From the NCBI RefSeq assembly GCF_006345805.1, contig NC_043017.1:16678001-16742000 (forward strand): a DNA stretch of 64,000 nt, written 5' to 3'. This document shows positions 1 through 11,499 of the stretch, piece by piece (position 1 is the stretch's first letter; the number at the start of each line of letters is the position of its first letter). The stretch is from Octopus sinensis. Lineage: Eukaryota. The notes beneath the pieces are model-generated. The model made no database searches. It was given only the letters and a program-made list of their open reading frames with translations, and was not told where the DNA came from. The translations under genes were made by a program, and so were the position numbers.

Positions 1-1860
1 ATCAAGAACAGAATTCCGCGTGCTTTGTTGGCAGCATGGACGCACTGGACCGAAGGTGAAAAGGAGGAATACACCAAGATACCCAGGTCCTTTACCTGAT
101 CGGTCCTCTCCAGCAGCAGACGACCCGGCTCGAAATCAAGTTAAGTTGCAGGAGGAGAGCCAACAGGCAGATGACAGCACTTTGACACGTTCAGACACAG
201 GTCCCATTCGTTAGACCACCTCCAAATTTGTTGGAGGCATCGACGAAGATCCTCTATATCACCGCGAGGAGCGACCAGTTTGACATCGTCGGCAAATAGA
301 AGGGTGTGTTGCGTGAGGTCGTCGGGCAAGTCATTTATGAAGACTAAGAACAATAAGGGCCCAAGCACTGAACCTTGAGGCACGCCACTGCTCGCACTGG
401 AGACGTCGGACCGCGAACCATTAACTTGGACTTAGAAGGAGCGATCTGAGAGGAAGGTACCAACTCATCGTACAATATCCGGATGGAAACTATATGCTTG
501 AAGCTTGACAAGTAATAGGCGGTGGTTTACCGAGTCAAAAGCTTTGGCAAAGTCCAATAAAACGATGTCAACAGCATCACTATCATCGAGGATGCGCGTC
601 ACCAATTCTTCCATTACCAGTAAGTTGGTCAAGCATGATCTCTTCGGCATGAAGCCGTGTTGGGAATCAGAGATGGAGGCTGTGTTTTGGAGGTGGAGCA
701 TCATACTTTTCTTAAGGATGGTTTCGAACATCTTGCTGATTATTGATGTAAGGGAAACCGATCGGTAGTTAAGCGGGTCTTCGCGGCTCCCTTTCTTGAA
801 AATTGGGCAGATTATCGCTGTTCTCCAGTCCGCAGGTATAACACCCGTCGCCAATGACATATTGAATATTCGTGTTAAGGGCTCGCAGATGACCGGAGCC
901 AACGCTTTGATAACCCGTGGGTGTATGCCGTCAGGGCCGTGACCCTTGTTGACATCGAGGCCTTGAATTGTTATTCAAGGCCTCGATGTCAACAAGGGTC
1001 CTGCGTGATGACCAATCGAAGCATTGGAGGTACCGATCTATCAAATGGAGGGGATTCACGACCGTCATCTTGTTTGAAAATAGTTGAAAAAGCCTCGGCA
1101 AATAATTGACTCTGTTGATACGGGTCCTCAATCGATACGCCTGTTGAGTCTACCAACGTTGCAATCTGGTTGTTCAAGCGGGAATTCCGCTGGACATGGG
1201 CAAAGAAGGTTTTTGGATTGCTACTGGCATTTGCCGCGATTTTGTATTCATAACTGAAGCGTTCTTCCTTTTAATTTTCACAGCTCAGTCTCGTTGAGTT
1301 TTGTACACCTCAAAAGCTGCAGTCGAATCTAGATTTTTGAATTCAGCCCAAGCAATATCTCTGAGTTGAAGTTCTCGTTTAACCTTCTTCGTCACCCAGG
1401 GCTTGTGTTGTTTCTTCTTGGGAAGCCCAACGGGAACTGCCTGGTCAGTCAACCAGATTACATATGCTTTGAGGGATGACCATAGTTTGTCAACTGAGGA
1501 CAACGTCATCAGGGATTGCCAGTCCAGAAGTGCGGAAGCCTCGGTTAGAATTTCAATATTAATTGCAGAGAAGACTCTACATGGCAGCGAAGTAGTCGTG
1601 GGTGTAGAAAAAGTTGTGTGCATGACGAACTTCAGGACCGCATGATCACTCTTGGCAAGAGGGGCACAAACAGATACATATTCAACATGTTGCGATAGAA
1701 AACAATCTTCAGCCACGTCAAGAAGGGCCTGGCCGAACCGGGAAGATGATGTACAAATTGATGCGGGCCAATCGATCGTGGGTGCGTTGAAGTCTCCTAG
1801 TATCAAACAGTCATGCGAAGCTGAAACGAATCTTATCGCTTCGAGTAAATGAGCATCGTC
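1..1860 (-). mobile_element. Tandem duplicate of the CR1-like LINE EN-RT segment (copy A; continues left of the window)
   Basis: Matches 1973-3910 at offset 1972, then offset 2050 after a 78-bp deletion. I saw only 3 substitutions (positions ~56, ~515, ~934). Confidence 0.95.
941..1000. repeat. Perfect 28-bp inverted repeat with 4-nt loop inside the LINE (second copy 2913-2972)
   Basis: gacccttgttgacatcgaggccttgaat-tgtt-attcaaggcctcgatgtcaacaagggtc. Confidence 0.97.
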
Positions 1861-4359
1861 TTTGAGGAGATAAGGAGAAGAGGCTTGAATCCCGTATTCC
1901 AATATGGGTCTCACCAGCGTGACATAGAGTGGTAGGAATATGGCTGCTGTGAGCATTCCGAATGAACGTCGAATCAAGAACAGAATTCCGCGTGCTTTGT
2001 TGGCAGCATGGACGCACTGGACCGAAGGCGAAAAGGAGGAATACACCAAGATACCCAGGTCCTTTACCTGATCGGTCCTCTCCAGCAGCAGACGACCCGG
2101 CTCGAAATCAAGTTAAGTTGCAGGAGGAGAGCCAACAGGCAGATGACAGCACTTTGACACGTTCAGACACAGGTCCCATTCGTTAGACCACCTCCAAATT
2201 TGTTGGAGGCATCGACGAAGATCCTCTATATCACCGCGAGGAGCGACCAGTTTGACATCGTCGGCAAATAGAAGGGTGTGTTGCGTGAGGTCGTCGGGCA
2301 AGTCATTTATGAAGACTAAGAACAATAAGGGCCCAAGCACTGAACCTTGAGGCACGCCACTGCTCGCACTGGAGACGTCGGACCGCGAACCATTAACTTG
2401 GACTTAGAAGGAGCGATCTGAGAGGAAGGTACCAACTCATCGTACAATATCCGGATGGAAACTATATGCTTGAAGCTTGACAAGTAGTAGGCGGTGGTTT
2501 ACCGAGTCAAAAGCTTTGGCAAAGTCCAATAAAACGATGTCAACAGCATCACTATCATCGAGGATGCGCGTCACCAATTCTTCCATTACCAGTAAGTTGG
2601 TCAAGCATGATCTCTTCGGCATGAAGCCGTGTTGGGAATCAGAGATGGAGGCTGTGTTTTGGAGGTGGAGCATCATACTTTTCTTAAGGATGGTTTCGAA
2701 CATCTTGCTGATTATTGATGTAAGGGAAACCGATCGGTAGTTAAGCGGGTCTTCGCGGCTCCCTTTCTTGAAAATTGGGCAGATTATCGCTGTTCTCCAG
2801 TCCGCAGGTATAACACCCGTCGCCAATGACATATTGAATATTCGTGTTAAGGGCTCGCAGATGACCGGAGCCAACGCTTTGATAACCCGTGGGTGTATGC
2901 CGTCATGGCCGTGACCCTTGTTGACATCGAGGCCTTGAATTGTTATTCAAGGCCTCGATGTCAACAAGGGTCCTGCGTGATGACCAATCGAAGCATTGGA
3001 GGTACCGATCTATCAAATGGAGGGGATTCACGACCGTCATCTTGTTTGAAAATAGTTGAAAAAGCCTCGGCAAATAATTGACTCTGTTGATACGGGTCCT
3101 CAATCGATACGCCTGTTGAGTCTACCAACGTTGCAATCTGGTTGTTCAAGCGGGAATTCCGCTGGACATGGGCAAAGAAGGTTTTTGGATTGCTACTGGC
3201 ATTTGCCGCGATTTTGTATTCATAACTGAAGCGTTCTTCCTTTTAATTTTCACAGCTCAGTCTCGTTGAGTTTTGTACACCTCAAAAGCTGCAGTCGAAT
3301 CTAGATTTTTGAATTCAGCCCAAGCAATATCTCTGAGTTGAAGTTCTCGTTTAACCTTCTTCGTCACCCAGGGCTTGTGTTGTTTCTTCTTGGGAAGCCC
3401 AACGGGAACTGCCTGGTCAGTCAACCAGATTACATATGCTTTGAGGGATGACCATAGTTTGTCAACTGAGGACAACGTCATCAGGGATTGCCAGTCCAGA
3501 AGTGCGGAAGCCTCGGTTAGAATTTCAATATTAATTGCAGAGAAGACTCTACATGGCAGCGAAGTAGTCGTGGGTGTAGAAAAAGTTGTGTGCATGACGA
3601 ACTTCAGGACCGCATGATCACTCTTGGCAAGAGGGGCACAAACAGATACATCTGACACTGATCTTGGATAGCGGGAGAATACCAGATCCAGCATAGATGG
3701 CTGCTGCCCAGACCGATGCCTTGTCGGATATTCAACATGTTGCGATAGAAAACAATCTTCAGCCACGTCAAGAAGGGCCTGGCCGAACCGGGAAGATGAT
3801 GTACAAATTGATGCGGGCCAATCGATCGTGGGTGCGTTGAAGTCTCCTAGTATCAAACAGTCATGCGAAGCTGAAACGAATCTTATCGCTTCGAGTAAAT
3901 GAGCATCGTCCTGGGGGTCGGCAAGAGGCGGCCTGTAGACAGCTAACACAGGCAGGCAAAACTCGGATAGGCTCAGCTTGCAATAGACGGCATCGAATTT
4001 TGTTGTAGGTTGAGTATTAGTGGGTAGAATACCGCTGGACGGTTTGTGATCAGATTTAACATACACAGCAACATCTCCACCTCTCCTTTTTTCTCTGCCA
4101 CATCTGAAGAGGACGTAGCCCTGTAGGTGGATTTCTGAGTCCTTTACTGCCAAGTCTCGGTGATAGCTCTCACATCAGGGGAGTCACGTATGGCCAGTGT
4201 AAATAGTTCGCTGAACTTTGGGAATAAGGAGCACGAGTTGGTATAGACGATGCTGAGCTGTGAAGTTTGAGGGGCGGGAGTTGGGAAACAAGCAGAATAA
4301 GGGGTATCACAGATAGCATCGTTGACGGGGGTATCAACTTTACTTTGATTCGCCCTCAA
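1861..4359 (-). pseudogene. LINE ORF2 (endonuclease + reverse transcriptase), disrupted
   Basis: ORF-track pieces 4144-4359, 3257-4153, 2961-3149, 2437-2874 and 2113-2355 carry the EN and RT motifs in canonical order. Confidence 0.92.
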
Positions 4360-4703
4360 TTCACTTTCCCTGTCAGCACTACAGCATGCGACCAGAGGTA
4401 GGACTTGATTATTTGTCCATCTTGGATGCGTAAACCCTTCTCTCCCATCTGTTTTCTCATCTTTAGTTTGGATATTAGGTTTCTCCGGCGAATTCTCTCT
4501 CTCAGTGAGTATTCCCCGTGAAAACCCATATTGGGGTCCTCCCAGGCATGCATCTGAGCTCTGTTCAGAAAGGTTGAAGCCTCCTGATCGGAAGCAAAGA
4601 TTACCCTTATTGGGCGCGGTCTAGTATCTGAGGTTGAGTTCGCTTGGAATCTTCCTAGCCGAGCGACCTTATGGATACTGACATTCTCGTTGACAGAGAA
4701 CAA
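4356..4703 (-). pseudogene. LINE ORF1 C-terminal remnant
   Basis: 115-aa ORF with the RLG-x-RPRPIRVIF pattern typical of CR1/L2-group ORF1, directly upstream of the EN domain. Confidence 0.75.
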
Positions 4704-5679
4704 TTGTGCTAGTGTTTGTGATGTTGGTAGTATTGGTGGTGGTGGTGTATATAGTTTAGGTGTTGGTGGTGGTGGTGTTGGGTGTTATTTCTTCCATTTG
4801 TTTGAACCTCCCAGCATTTTTTTTTTTGTTGTTGGTGTGTCTCTTTTTCTTTTTCTTTTTGATTACTTTCAGTGATTTAGTTTGTTCCCTGTCACTTTTG
4901 CCAGGAAATGTCTGAGTGACCTCAAGCAGAGAAAAGCATGTTTTGTGGGTGCTTGCCTTTTTTACTGTTGTTGTTGTTGTTTGGGGGCTTTCAATTATCA
5001 TTGTTGTTGATGATGGATTGGACCTTGAGGCTGGTGTTCCTTTTTTTTATTGCTTTCACTATTAGAATTACCATTTCCCTTGCAGCTGATTTTTCTGTTG
5101 CAGTTGCATGCTACAATAAGGTGCTGCTGCTGTTGGTGGCTGCTGCTGTGGTGATGGTCATCCTTCTCCTCTCCCTTGTTGTGGACATAAAAGCCTTCTG
5201 ATAGTTTGCATTACCATACAAGTAACACCTTAGCTTTCAGTTGTAAGCCACCTGGCAAACTAATCAGGCCTGGGACAGCTTTCATACTTTCTTGATCTAT
5301 TTGATCCATGCCTCCATCCCTTGGCCTAATTTTTGCTACAGCTTCTGGACCTGTAATACGTGGCTTTTGTCCTCTATATTGAAAAAGAACAGATGCCGCC
5401 ATCTAGCAAATGTCCACTTCTGGTGGCACACTGACCGCCTTTATTTTCACTACTCTCTGGCTAAAGTAGATTGGCACGAGGACCAGTTTGTTACTATTTA
5501 GGGGTGCTGTGGAGTGCTTGCTGGTTTCATCCATTGTTGGAAAAATTTCACCTGCACCATACTGAGTCTTTTCCACCTATGTGTATCTCAGTGGTCCCAG
5601 ATTAGGCCGAGATATTTTCCTATTTGCTATGGTATTGCTTACTGTATTACCCTGTTTCTTACTCCTATACATCTAAATA

Positions 5680-5904
5680 TATTTCTTTACTGCCCACAAG
5701 GGGCTAAATACAGAGAGGACAAACAAGGACAGACGAACGAATTAAGTCGATTATATCGACCCCAGTGCGTAACTTGTACTTATTTAATCGACCCCGAAAG
5801 GATGAAAGGCAAAGTCGACCTCAGCAGAATTTGAACTCTGAACGTAACGGCAAACAAAATACGGCTACGCATTTCGCCCGGTGTGCTAACGATTCTGCCA
5901 GCTC
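5680..5904 (-). mobile_element. SINE family C copy
   Basis: Shares the gtcgactttgcctttcatcctttcggggtcgat core with 24929-25401, 46037-46256 and 52293-52523. Confidence 0.9.
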
Positions 5905-5964
5905 ATGATAGCTTAGTGATTAGTTTCTTGCAAAATATTTTCCGGAATATTCTAGGATATGATA

Positions 5965-6318
5965 CTACCATATCTTATGAGGAATTTTATAGCAGTTTTT
6001 CAAATCCTGGATAGATACGAAAATTTCTTCCTGTATGGACCCTACAGCTGTGAAATCACAACCAGTCAACATATTCCTTTCAGCAATTTGATTGCTTATT
6101 GTATTGGTGTTAATTAATGCAGGTGATGATGGCAGTAGCAGTAATTGTTGTACAGGTGTCATTGGCAGGTGTGTTGTTCTCGTTTTCATTGTTGGTATTG
6201 TTTTGGTCAGACTGGTGAGAGTGGTAATACTTTGGTTTAACATGGGGAAGGCACTGTTATTACTGCTCAGACTCCTCTGGTTTTCTGTCAAATATTTAAA
6301 TGCCATGTTTTGAATATT
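5965..6318 (-). CDS. Candidate last coding exon of the unidentified minus-strand gene
   Basis: Acceptor atttctttttag at 6319-6320, phase 0, in frame with ORF 5965-6306 (NIQNMAFKYLTENQ...). Phase matches the donor at 8006. The 3' end is uncertain. Confidence 0.5.
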   Translation of the reverse strand, partial: NIQNMAFKYLTENQRSLSSNNSAFPMLNQSITTLTSLTKTIPTMKTRTTHLPMTPVQQLLLLPSSPALINTNTISNQIAERNMLTGCDFTAVGSIQEEIFVSIQDLKNCYKIPHKIW

Positions 6319-6421
6319 CTAAAAAGAAATCGGTAAATTTCATGCAAACAACTGCAACCTCTGCACTGAGCTGAGGAGTTTCTTAGAGGAAACCATTATG
6401 TTGGTGATTTTACAGACAACG

Positions 6422-6580
6422 TCATCATCATTGTCATCGTTTAACGTCCGTTTTCCGTGCTAGCATGGGTTGGACGGTTCGACTGGGGTCTGGGAAGCCA
6501 GGGGCTGCACCAGGCTCCAGTCTGATCTGGCAGTGTTTCTACAGCTGGATGCCCTTCCTAACACCAACCACTCCGCGAGC
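6422..6580 (-). mobile_element. SINE-like family B, 3' part
   Basis: Reverse complement of gtggttggcgttaggaagggcatccagctgtagaaac ... aacccatgctagca..gaaaacggacgttaaac(gat)n. Confidence 0.9.
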
Positions 6581-6916
6581 AATATTTTTTGAACTTGGAT
6601 GTTTGAAAAAACAGTTAAAATAAACAACCACAACAATAATTTTTCAGCAGTAATGTCACACTAGCGTAACTCAATGATAAATTCAGAAAAGAAATAAATA
6701 CTTCAGAAAACTTTATTTTAAGACAACAATTTTTTGTTTTAAAAGGAAATGAAAAACAAAACTGAGGGATTTGATGCGTTGATCGAATTGGTGGACCTGG
6801 AAAAAATTACTTGTTTAAAATACATGATGTTTGCTCTTCCTTCATAACACCAATTACTAATGAAAAATATAAGCATGTGTGTGTGTACCTATGTATTCAT
6901 GTATTATATGTGTATA

Positions 6917-6949
<33 letters not shown>

Positions 6950-7296
6950 CCGTTCTTAACACAGTTGCATTAGATTATGTTATTTTATTAAAGAAAACAA
7001 AGCTGCATTGATAAATATATAACTTTAACCTTTTCTGTTGCTAAGGAAAAATAAAACAAATATTAGATAATCTTAAAAAAAATTAACATAGAATTAAAAA
7101 AAAAAAACATTCTGAATGTATATGAATTTATCATTATCATATACATACATGGAGTTAATCATTTGTCATTTGTATGTTGTTTATGTATATAAATGTGTTT
7201 TATGTATGGCTATACATAAAGATATTCAAAAATAACAGAAAAATGTAATGTATAAAATTTATTTTTATAAAAAAAAGGTTAACAGTAACTTCAACA

Positions 7297-7343
7297 GGCT
7301 GACTGATGAAGATGATCGTTAGCGAAACTTTGGAGTTACAGTC
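7297..7343 (+). ncRNA. Type-I hammerhead-ribozyme-like motif, slightly decayed
   Basis: ggctga-CTGATGA-a-gatga/tcg/ttagc-GAAA-ct/ttgg/ag-TT-acagtc: intact core and stem III, one mismatch each in stems I and II. Confidence 0.55.
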
Positions 7344-8006
7344 AACTATTTTTTTGTAAAAATAAATAAATATAAATATGTGTGTATGTATGCATGTGTG
7401 AGCGTGTGTGTGTGTGTGTATATACACACACACATGCACACACAATCTTTGTTGCATACATATGATGTATGTATTAACCGTTTATTATTTTACATCCATT
7501 TTCTAGACTTGCAAAGTTGGTTTCGTTGGATGGCATTCCAATTACTAAACCAACTTTTATGCCAATCAGACACACAAAAAGAGTTAGTGTCACTAAAAGT
7601 GGTATTAATAAATATTAATACTATAACAAACAATACCTATTGTCAGTCCCTAGTGGAATGAGAACCATTCCTGTTGTAATCTCTATTATAAATCTCTAGG
7701 AATTGAAAATAGGAATTCTGTACATAATTATGTGAATAACAACACTACTTTCTTAGCATCTTGCTCCTATATTCTTTAAACCATTAGATCATATGAAATT
7801 TGTCCCACAAATTAACACACAGGTATGTCTTACCTGTATGTGTGTTACCTGTATGTGCATTTAATGCATTTAAACTTAGTTTAAAGTGTAGGAACATGTT
7901 CTTCAATTCTTTTCCAAATGTGGTTCTCTTTGGAATGTTCCGTAGTCCTACCTGAAGTGGGAATTGGACTGCTGTCGATTCCATAGCTGAAAAGCAGTTT
8001 AACTAC

Positions 8007-8930
8007 CTGGTTATTTCTATGCGACATCAGCTGCTCCAGGTGATGCCACAAATAATCAGCGGAGGTAATTGGTGTGGTTCTGCCGTTTGCGGCATCGCCA
8101 ACACCATGGTCACTCGCATTGTTATGGGGATAATAAATGGACGTCAAAGCTGTGGTATTAGGGGAGGGAGAAGCTTCGGTTCTTTCGGAAACATTAGCTG
8201 TAGTAGTAGTAGTAGCAGCAGCGCTAGAAGTCAGTGTGGTAGTGGCAACAGTAGAAGAGTCTATTGAAGTAGCAGCAACGGCAGAGCTAAAGGTAATGGT
8301 AGGTAGAGTAGGAGGTGTTGTATCGATAATAGTATTTGGTGTTGTAGTTGTACTGACTCTAGTGCCAGCGAGAGTTTTGTACACATCAATGCGGTTGTCA
8401 TTTATTGTTGTCTTTTCTGAAAGGTGAGAATCTGTGCCTGTGCAAGAAGGAAGAGTGTTAGAGTCAGTGCCCCTAATGTCACAGTGAATGCAGCTGTCAT
8501 TACCTGCACAATCATTTCCCCCACCTTTGCCGCCTCCAACGTCTAGAGAAGAGGAAGCAGAAGAACCGGAATCAACTGTTTTTTGCTGAGCACAAATCGG
8601 AAGATTCCGGGTCTTTGAAATGCTTCGCTCACCAGCAATGTGATTGCCTGAACGGTTATCACTCTGGCTGTGAGAACTGTAGTTGTCACCACAGGTATCA
8701 CAGTTTGGTGATAACAGTTGAAACTGTCCTTCAGAAGAAGACGTAAGTGGGGGCAAAGCTGGCCTTGGTTCCAGGGACACCGTTTGCAAGATGTTCCTGT
8801 TTGAGTGGATGTCAGCATCCTGAGTACTGTTGTTACAATTGGTATCAGCTGATAACGGCAGAGGATAGGACAGTTGACCCTCCGGCACCTTAGTTCTATT
8901 GCCAGGAACTTTGATACCATTAAATGAGTT
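8007..8930 (-). CDS. Large Ser/Thr-rich, low-complexity internal exon (308 codons)
   Basis: Strong pyrimidine tract with cttttcag acceptor at 8931-8932, open frame (ORF 7881-8888), donor CAG|gtagtt at 8006; phase 0-0. Confidence 0.75.
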
Positions 8931-9109
8931 CTGAAAAGAGAGAGAAAGAGAGAAAAAAAAAAAGAAAATATGTATATATAAATAAATATTTAATTAATTT
9001 ATGAATTTTAAAAACAGAGATTTCAATAAAAAGAAAAAAAAGGTAGACATTATTCTGATTATATTATTCTTGATTTCAAAATTCAAACATTAATGACAAA
9101 CCAAATTCA

Positions 9110-9400
9110 GAAAATACAAAACAATGGCACAGAAGCAATACAGCTACAAGACTATGCAGATGCCTACGATCTTAGGAATTATTTTGGTGGAATTGAAGAA
9201 ACTGTTTAACCCAGAAAAGACATCAACAGATAATCTTTTCACTGCAGATGCTCTGACATCTCGACACGAGTCACAAGATATCCTCCAAATGCTGGAAGAG
9301 ACATTTTTTCCCTTCTCTGCTGAATCAGAATTCAACAATAGCAGAGGATTTCTTGAGAAATATGTCACACCATCCTCAACAGCCATGGATGATGAATAGA
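9110..9400 (+). mobile_element. Decayed RTE/BovB-like LINE ORF2 fragment
   Basis: With a frameshift it reads IQLQDYADAYDLRNYFGGI ... TADALTSRHESQDILQMLEE, resembling the RTE EN-RT linker. Confidence 0.55.
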
Positions 9401-9438
9401 CAACAACAATTTCAAGAGTATGAACCAAATGAAACTAT

Positions 9439-9836
9439 GGCGCAGGAGTGGCTGTGTGGTAAGTAACTTGTTTACCAACCACATGGTTCCAGGTTCAGTC
9501 CCACTGCGTGGCACCTTGGGCAAGTGTCTTCTACTATAGCCTCGGGCCAACCAAAGCCTTCCGAGTAGATTTGGTAGATGGAAACTGAAAGAAGCCCATC
9601 GTATATATGTATATATATGTATGTGTGAGTGTGTTTGTGTTTGTCCCACCAACATCACTTGACAACCGATGCTGGTGTTTTTTTGTCCCCGTCACTTAGC
9701 GGTTCGGCAAAACAGACCGATAGAATAAGTACTGGGCTTACAAAGAACAAGTGCCGGGGTCGAGTTGCTTGATTAAAGGCGGTGCTCCAGCATGGCCGCA
9801 GTCAAATGACTGAAACAAATAAAAGAGTAAAAGAGA
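9439..9836 (+). mobile_element. SINE family A (tRNA-like head, CORE-like ttgggcaagtgtctt, internal TA/TG microsatellite, GAGTAAA-repeat tail)
   Basis: About 400 bp, near-identical to seven other copies in the window. Confidence 0.93.
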
Positions 9837-10598
9837 GTATGAAATTTTCCAGGACCAGACAACATCCCTTTTGAATTACTAAAATAAGGGTGGCTACTTC
9901 TTGAAACCAGGCTTTTCACTCAGATCGTGAAAATATAAGACTGCCAATTTCCCAATGAATTTCAAAAATCTTATGGGTTTTATCACAGAACAGCATTGCA
10001 TTAATTGCTCTTCATTGTAGGGAAAATATTTGCAAGAATCCATCTAAACCTTTTCCAGACCATTTCAGAAAAGGTTTATCCTGAATTTCAATGTAGTTTA
10101 TGTGCCTCTCGTGGCACAGTTGACATGGCTTTCTGTGTTAGAAAAGCAGGGTGTAACAGAAAACTACTCTTCGTTAATTAGTGTGCCCAGAAATGCCATG
10201 TGGATGGTCCTTCAACGCTTTGCTTGCCTAATTCAAACACTGCACTACATGTGACAGGTTGTGTTTTTCATGGAAACAAACCAGACTAGAACTGCTTCAA
10301 CAAGCCTCACTCCATTCCCATCAGAACTGATCGTTCTGAAGTCAAAAGAAAAAAAAAGGAAAAGTTTAAAAAAAAAGAAGAAAAGATACTGCAACAACAA
10401 CTATACTCCTCTCTGCTCCCCCTTTATTGCTCCCTTTGTTTCTGTTACACAAAATTGGCCCTCTCAGTCACCAATGACATTAACAGGGAGGAACTACTCA
10501 ATCCATAAAGAAATTGAAATTCTCAGACTCAAGAAATCGTATTTCTTTTCAAGATAACATTTTCAAGATTTCTCAAAAACTTCTGTTCTTATAATATA

Positions 10599-10995
10599 CT
10601 AGCAGTATCGCCCGGCGTTGCTCGGGTTTGTAAGGGAAATAACTATATAAGCATTTTTAGAGATGTAAAGTATAATAGCCATCTCAATATGGCTAACCAC
10701 AAGGGGGGGGGGTGTTACTGTAGCTTTTTACGTTCTGAGATTTAATAATAAATTTTTAGAGAGTTACTTCCCTTATATATGCCAAAAATGCATTAAAATG
10801 GGAAAAATTGATGGTAAATTTTTTTTTAAATCGTAGACTCATTGTAAACGCGTGCTAATACCCAGAAGGGCTCGATATGAATCACGACTATAACATACCC
10901 GGTTTTGGTTAAACTGCACTGCAAAATGTGGGAGTAGTTAAGAATCTAAATCGTAGGAGACAGACAGCACACAACCTCTCTTTTATATATAAAGA
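10599..10995 (-). mobile_element. Non-autonomous Helitron-like element
   Basis: Minus strand: A|TCTTTATATATAAAAG 5' end, cccgagcaacgccggg hairpin then CTAG|T 3' end; A/T insertion site, no TSD. Confidence 0.85.
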
Positions 10996-11499
10996 TTTGA
11001 GGTGTGGAAAATATGCTTATGGTACAATGATAATATTGACAGTGGTGTGAGATAAGATGAAGAAATAATGTTATGGTAATAATGTTTTAGGTTATTAACC
11101 TCATCATTAGATATGGAAGATTTTTTTTCATATTTACATCGACACAATATTTTGATCAGTTTGATCTCCAATCATCATTAAGTATCTTATTCCTGGATAT
11201 ACATTGTCTTGGACTGGATTTGAACTAAGAACCAATGGTAGTGGTGCTTGCTCCTGTCCATGTATCAATGGCATAGTGTACCTATTTCTGTGGGTAAGAG
11301 CATTTTCTTTTTATTGAATTTATTTGACAAACCCTGAGACTTGTGAGATTGATGTGGTTAAAAGTTCCAAGTTGCAGCAAAAAGCATGTGCAGGGATAAA
11401 ATTCGTGGAAGAAGGACTGGTTCAGACAAAATACAAGAGATGAGACGAGTAAGCTGCATGTAGTTGAGGGGGAGGTAGTAGAATCCGGCCAGTTCAGAG

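Larger units (their letters stand above)
1861..4703 (-). mobile_element. CR1-like non-LTR retrotransposon, 5'-truncated, inactive (copy B)
   Basis: ORF1-like remnant 4356-4703 (RLG...RPRPIRVIF), APE endonuclease motifs (AITETW, GGDVAVYV, ILGDFNAP, SDH) and RT motifs (NYRSVSLTS, SQHGF, LDFAKAFDSV, PQGSVLGPLLF, FADD), broken by stops and frameshifts. Confidence 0.95.

Noticed and set aside
4998-5197. His/Gln-rich open frame on the minus strand (EGFYVHNKGEEKDDHHH...HQQQ*) as a terminal exon
   Set aside because: It needs a phase-1 donor upstream, and exon 6318 offers only a weak one (G|gttgtg). The acceptor lacks a pyrimidine tract and the region is simple-repeat rich.
9144-9428. 94-aa minus-strand ORF as the missing phase 1-0 exon
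   Set aside because: The plus strand explains the segment better as a decayed RTE LINE linker, and the splice sites are weak.
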